Virus record (IMG/VR): IMGVR_UViG_3300000366_000001
Location: 1 to 64,000 of that record
From: a virus
Reading direction: 5' to 3' (one strand)
DNA length: 64,000 nucleotides
Both the position numbers and the translations under genes were made by a program. The notes beneath the pieces are model-generated. The model was not told the origin of the DNA and did no database searches. It was given only the letters and a program-made list of their open reading frames with translations. Position 1 is the stretch's first letter. Every line of letters begins with the position of its first letter. Of the stretch, positions 61,331 through 64,000 are shown piece after piece.

Positions 61331-61358
61331 ATTGTACCACACTTTTTTGTGTCGTCAA
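61331..61358 (-). promoter_or_regulatory. sigma70-type promoter TTGACG-16-(TGg)TACAAT
   Basis: -35 at 61358-61353; extended -10 TGGTACAAT at 61339-61331. It points into the ORF-free region and the tRNA array. Confidence 0.7.
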
Positions 61359-61377
61359 ACACTTTTTTAAAATTTTT

Positions 61378-62055
61378 TTAGGTCATCACCTCCAGCGCCT
61401 TATTGATCTTGACTTCAAAGTCTTTTAGTACCGATTCATTCCAATGTAGCATTGATCCAGAACGTTTGCAATAGGGTTTCCCTTTATTTGTTGGCTTCCA
61501 CAGCGGCATCTTGTGTTTGCTGTAACAGCGAACTTGTAGACCTAACGCCATAAGGATATTGTTCATAGTGTGCGAACCAATGCCACCCATCCTTTCTGAC
61601 AAGTCCTTTACTTTTACGTACTGCCTAATAGGGATAGCCATAGAGTCAATTTTAGCTGACAAGCCAGCAATCATTTGCTTCAATTCTTCCGCTTGCTCTG
61701 ATTGCTGGACGCTATAGCTTCCTGACTTGCGGATAGAGGGCAGGACTTCGCTGTGAATCCAACGGTTCAGCTTCTTGCTTGTTTCCGTGTTGGATCGGCT
61801 AACAAGATAGGTTACGGCTGGATCACTAATAATTGTTGTTTCTTTTACACCGAATCCAGTTTCAAGGTGGGTAGTCCTTGTATACCCAGCTCCAAAAACA
61901 TCCTCAATAGTGCTGCGCGCAATAGCCGGACGTGTAGTACTGCCCATAGAGTCAAGGACATCGCGCAACACAAACCATACCGAATCGTCTTGGCTGTCAC
62001 CTACAGTCCTTACGCTAGCGCCTTCTTCAAAACTAAAAACCTGCAATGCAGTCAT
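61378..62055 (-). CDS. BRO-N / antirepressor-type protein
   Basis: ATG at 62055 after AGAGGTGG. LQVFSFEEGASVRTVGDSQDDSVWFVLRDV is a typical Bro-N domain. Confidence 0.75.
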   Translation of the reverse strand: MTALQVFSFEEGASVRTVGDSQDDSVWFVLRDVLDSMGSTTRPAIARSTIEDVFGAGYTRTTHLETGFGVKETTIISDPAVTYLVSRSNTETSKKLNRWIHSEVLPSIRKSGSYSVQQSEQAEELKQMIAGLSAKIDSMAIPIRQYVKVKDLSERMGGIGSHTMNNILMALGLQVRCYSKHKMPLWKPTNKGKPYCKRSGSMLHWNESVLKDFEVKINKALEVMT

Positions 62056-62212
62056 CTTTACCACCTCTTTATTCTGATTAAGTGGCTTTAATCTAGCCTT
62101 TTCCACCAAAAAGATCAAGTCTTTTTCAGCATCATCCCCATAAAAATCAACCTGCCAACAGATAAAGATTCTCATTCTCTAGCTTGAAGGCCGAAAAAGC
62201 CATTTTAAGAAA

Positions 62213-62470
62213 GTCAAAAATTCCGTTTAATGCATTTTTTGACCCTGTGGATAAGTCAATTATTCTTTTGCTTAATTAGTGATTGCTAATATGGCCTAAG
62301 CCACACAGATCAAGGCTTACAGTTAAAACAAGTGTTTGATAGACTCCCTGTATATTATATATAAAAGAATTTTTTAATTATTACATATAGTAGTACCTTC
62401 ACACAGTGGTAGAGACACCACCCTCTACCTCTTACCCACCCACACCTAATAAATTTAATCCAAAAAATAG
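62213..62470 (+). repeat. intergenic cassette, copy 4 of 4 (inverted relative to copies 1-3)
   Basis: The reverse complement matches the other copies: CTATTTTTTGGATT...GGTGTGGGTGGGTAAGAGGTAGAGGGTGGTGTCT, A/T core, near-palindrome TTAGTGATTGCTAA (62276-62289), and GTCAA boxes at 62213, 62240 and 62255. Confidence 0.85.
62336..62364 (+). promoter_or_regulatory. candidate promoter TTGATA-16/17-TATATA inside cassette copy 4
   Basis: -35 at 62336-62341; the A/T-rich -10 candidates make the exact register ambiguous. Confidence 0.35.
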
Positions 62471-62580
62471 GCTGTGATATCATGGCTGCTTTCTGGTGGT
62501 GGATTTTTTTGGGTAGCGGCTGACAGAATGGTAGCGTCCTGCTAGGCTTTGTGGAAATTAACTGGAGGGAGAAAGGCAGA

Positions 62581-62811
62581 ATGAAACACATTCACAGCGA
62601 TGAATATTTTGAGTTACAGAATTTCATCAAGGAAGCTAAACAGAACTTTGAGGTTAATCCAAAAAACAACAGCTTTTCTAGCTCAGAGATAAAGGCAGGG
62701 TGTTACCTTGCAATGCGGTGGGGATTGGGCGCAGACTCTATGCTTGTATTCAAGCTATCAGATGACCTAGAGCCTTTCGTTATTGGTAATATTATTGGAG
62801 ATAATCAATAA
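62581..62811 (+). CDS. hypothetical protein
   Basis: ATG at 62581 (MKHIHSDEYF...) after GGAGGGA; the track start is GTG at 62551. Confidence 0.6.
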   Translation: MKHIHSDEYFELQNFIKEAKQNFEVNPKNNSFSSSEIKAGCYLAMRWGLGADSMLVFKLSDDLEPFVIGNIIGDNQ

Positions 62812-63011
62812 TGCTAAACGCTATCAAAGCCATCCTTGCGCTATTGCGTTACGGAAAAATTACTAGCAGAATCGTGAGCTATGAATGCAACTGCATTTCA
62901 GAAGTTGCTTTTCTTGACAGAAAAGGCCGATATGTAGGTTACTGGGCTTTTGGTGACTTTGATCCAAGCTTACCGTATCAAGGTCAGCAATGGTGGAGAT
63001 TTTCAGAATGA
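62811..63011 (+). CDS. hypothetical protein
   Basis: 66 aa; the ATG overlaps the upstream stop (TAATG). Confidence 0.55.
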   Translation: MLNAIKAILALLRYGKITSRIVSYECNCISEVAFLDRKGRYVGYWAFGDFDPSLPYQGQQWWRFSE

Positions 63012-63448
63012 GCACAATCAACTTCATAAGCAGGCATGATGCTAAAATTCTCTTGCAGGTAGGATTCCCATCAAGCACGGCGTTGATTAGCGTTAGTGAC
63101 ACAATGGAAGAAAGGAAAGAGATATTTTTCCTTGCAAAGTCTAAAGGTGTACCGGCTTTTGTGTGTGTTGCCAAGGATATTGATAGCGATGAATCAGGGT
63201 TTACGGTTGATCTAGCCACTTCTATGCAGGTGTTTATTTCGGAGTCAATCCAAGCCAAAGAAAATATCATTGTCCACTGCCTTGCAGGTGTATCCAGATC
63301 AGGAGCTATTGCAAAGTGGATCAATGACTATTACAATCTAGATGACTGGTACTTGAACGACTACAAAGGTCACAATAAGTACATTTACGAAATAATGAAT
63401 GAAGCGGCTGGCATAAGCTTGGCTGCACGATATCGGGAAATGGAGTAA
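63008..63448 (+). CDS. Cys-based (dual-specificity / PTP-like) phosphatase
   Basis: Active-site loop VHCLAGVSRSGA = HCx5R(S/T); ATG at 63008 in an ATGA overlap. Confidence 0.7.
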   Translation: MSTINFISRHDAKILLQVGFPSSTALISVSDTMEERKEIFFLAKSKGVPAFVCVAKDIDSDESGFTVDLATSMQVFISESIQAKENIIVHCLAGVSRSGAIAKWINDYYNLDDWYLNDYKGHNKYIYEIMNEAAGISLAARYREME

Positions 63449-63453
63449 GCAAA

Positions 63454-63909
63454 ATGAACAGAGAAATTAAGTTTAGGGCTTGGGATAAGTCAATTAACCA
63501 TATGAGTGATGTTGGCGAAATTCATTATTGCCAAGGCGGAATAAAGGTGTTCGGCGCTGGCTTCTACCTGGGTAATGGGTGGGCAACAGAGGCTAATGGA
63601 CATAAGCATGATTGCGATGTTGATTTAATGCAATTCACAGGACTGCTAGACAGCAACGGAAAAGAAATCTATGACGGCGATATTGTCAAGGTTTTTGATG
63701 AGTGCTTTCCAGAAGAATTTAGTATTGGTAAAGTCGAGTGGGGCGGTGCTGACTATCCGGCCTATGATATTTACGTTCCGTCTACAAAGCAAAACATGGA
63801 ACTTGAAAACTTCTGCGAGGACTATAACAGCCTTGCCGGTGATATTTTCTGCATCGAGGTGATCGGCAATATTTACGAAAACCCTGAATTACTTGAGACA
63901 AAAAAATGA
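63454..63909 (+). CDS. YopX-family protein
   Basis: MNREIKFRAWDK...LMQFTGLLDSNGKEIYDGDIV is the classic YopX N-terminus. Confidence 0.75.
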   Translation: MNREIKFRAWDKSINHMSDVGEIHYCQGGIKVFGAGFYLGNGWATEANGHKHDCDVDLMQFTGLLDSNGKEIYDGDIVKVFDECFPEEFSIGKVEWGGADYPAYDIYVPSTKQNMELENFCEDYNSLAGDIFCIEVIGNIYENPELLETKK

Positions 63910-64000
63910 ATCATAAAAAAATAACTATCACTTACTACGAAATAAGCTTGCAAACTACCAATAGGGCAATGCCTTTTCGTTTAGATGACTTTTTGAAAGG
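63906..64000 (+). CDS. hypothetical protein, partial (runs off the right edge)
   Basis: ATG in an ATGA overlap with the YopX stop; MNHKKITITYYEISLQ... Confidence 0.4.
   Translation, partial: MNHKKITITYYEISLQTTNRAMPFRLDDFLK

Noticed and set aside
60901-61428. Plus-strand ORFs 60901..61089 (62 aa) and 61228..61428 (66 aa) in the structured region
   Set aside because: They have no Shine-Dalgarno sequence and run opposite to all neighbours. Their Ala/Cys/Pro-rich translations are typical of GC-rich non-coding sequence. The second overlaps the promoter and the antirepressor gene end.
25735-62470. CRISPR array interpretation of the four repeated cassettes
   Set aside because: The units are about 260 bp, imperfect, and separated by 2-26 kb of genes, and one is inverted. 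There are no short direct repeats with spacers and no cas genes.
62355-62591. 78-aa minus-strand ORF inside cassette copy 4, and the 153-aa minus ORF 62863..63324
   Set aside because: The first is made of the C-rich arm and A/T core of the repeat. The second is antisense to the phosphatase gene, which has a clear active-site motif.

Overview
This window is a large part of a tailed dsDNA bacteriophage genome with a lambda-like siphovirus tail module. It is AT-leaning and very gene-dense. From 1 to about 62.2 kb essentially every gene is on the minus strand; at about 62.2 kb transcription diverges and genes run on the plus strand. In the direction of transcription (right to left) the order is as follows. 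(1) A BRO-type antirepressor. (2) A promoter-driven ORF-free structured region of about 600 nt, followed by a tRNA array (Met-like, Pro, Cys, Arg). (3) Replication, recombination and nucleotide-metabolism genes: RuvC-like resolvase, pentapeptide-repeat protein, ThyX, DUF5675, PhoH, sliding clamp, DEDDh exonuclease, MazG-like, a mini class-II aaRS-like protein, an HslV-like protease and an HTH-metallophosphoesterase. These are followed by an IbrA-like PAPS reductase / EctC-like cupin / IbrB-like ParB module, TraR, dUTPase, class I RNR plus glutaredoxin, and endonuclease V. (4) Dozens of small early ORFs behind near-consensus sigma70 promoters. (5) Terminase small and large subunits. (6) A 7-kb accessory island. 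(7) Portal, scaffold and major capsid. (8) Small membrane proteins. (9) Head-tail joining genes with an embedded Rha moron. (10) Major tail protein, G/T-type chaperones with an A_AAA_AAG -1 frameshift site, tape measure, distal tail proteins, a 1529-aa gpI/gpJ-like host-specificity protein and tail fibres. Non-genic highlights are a four-copy intergenic cassette of about 260 bp (one copy inverted at the strand-switch point), two distinct promoter classes, and -10 boxes fused to terminator hairpins. All functional calls come from motif recognition by eye on the supplied translations; no database search or folding program was available.
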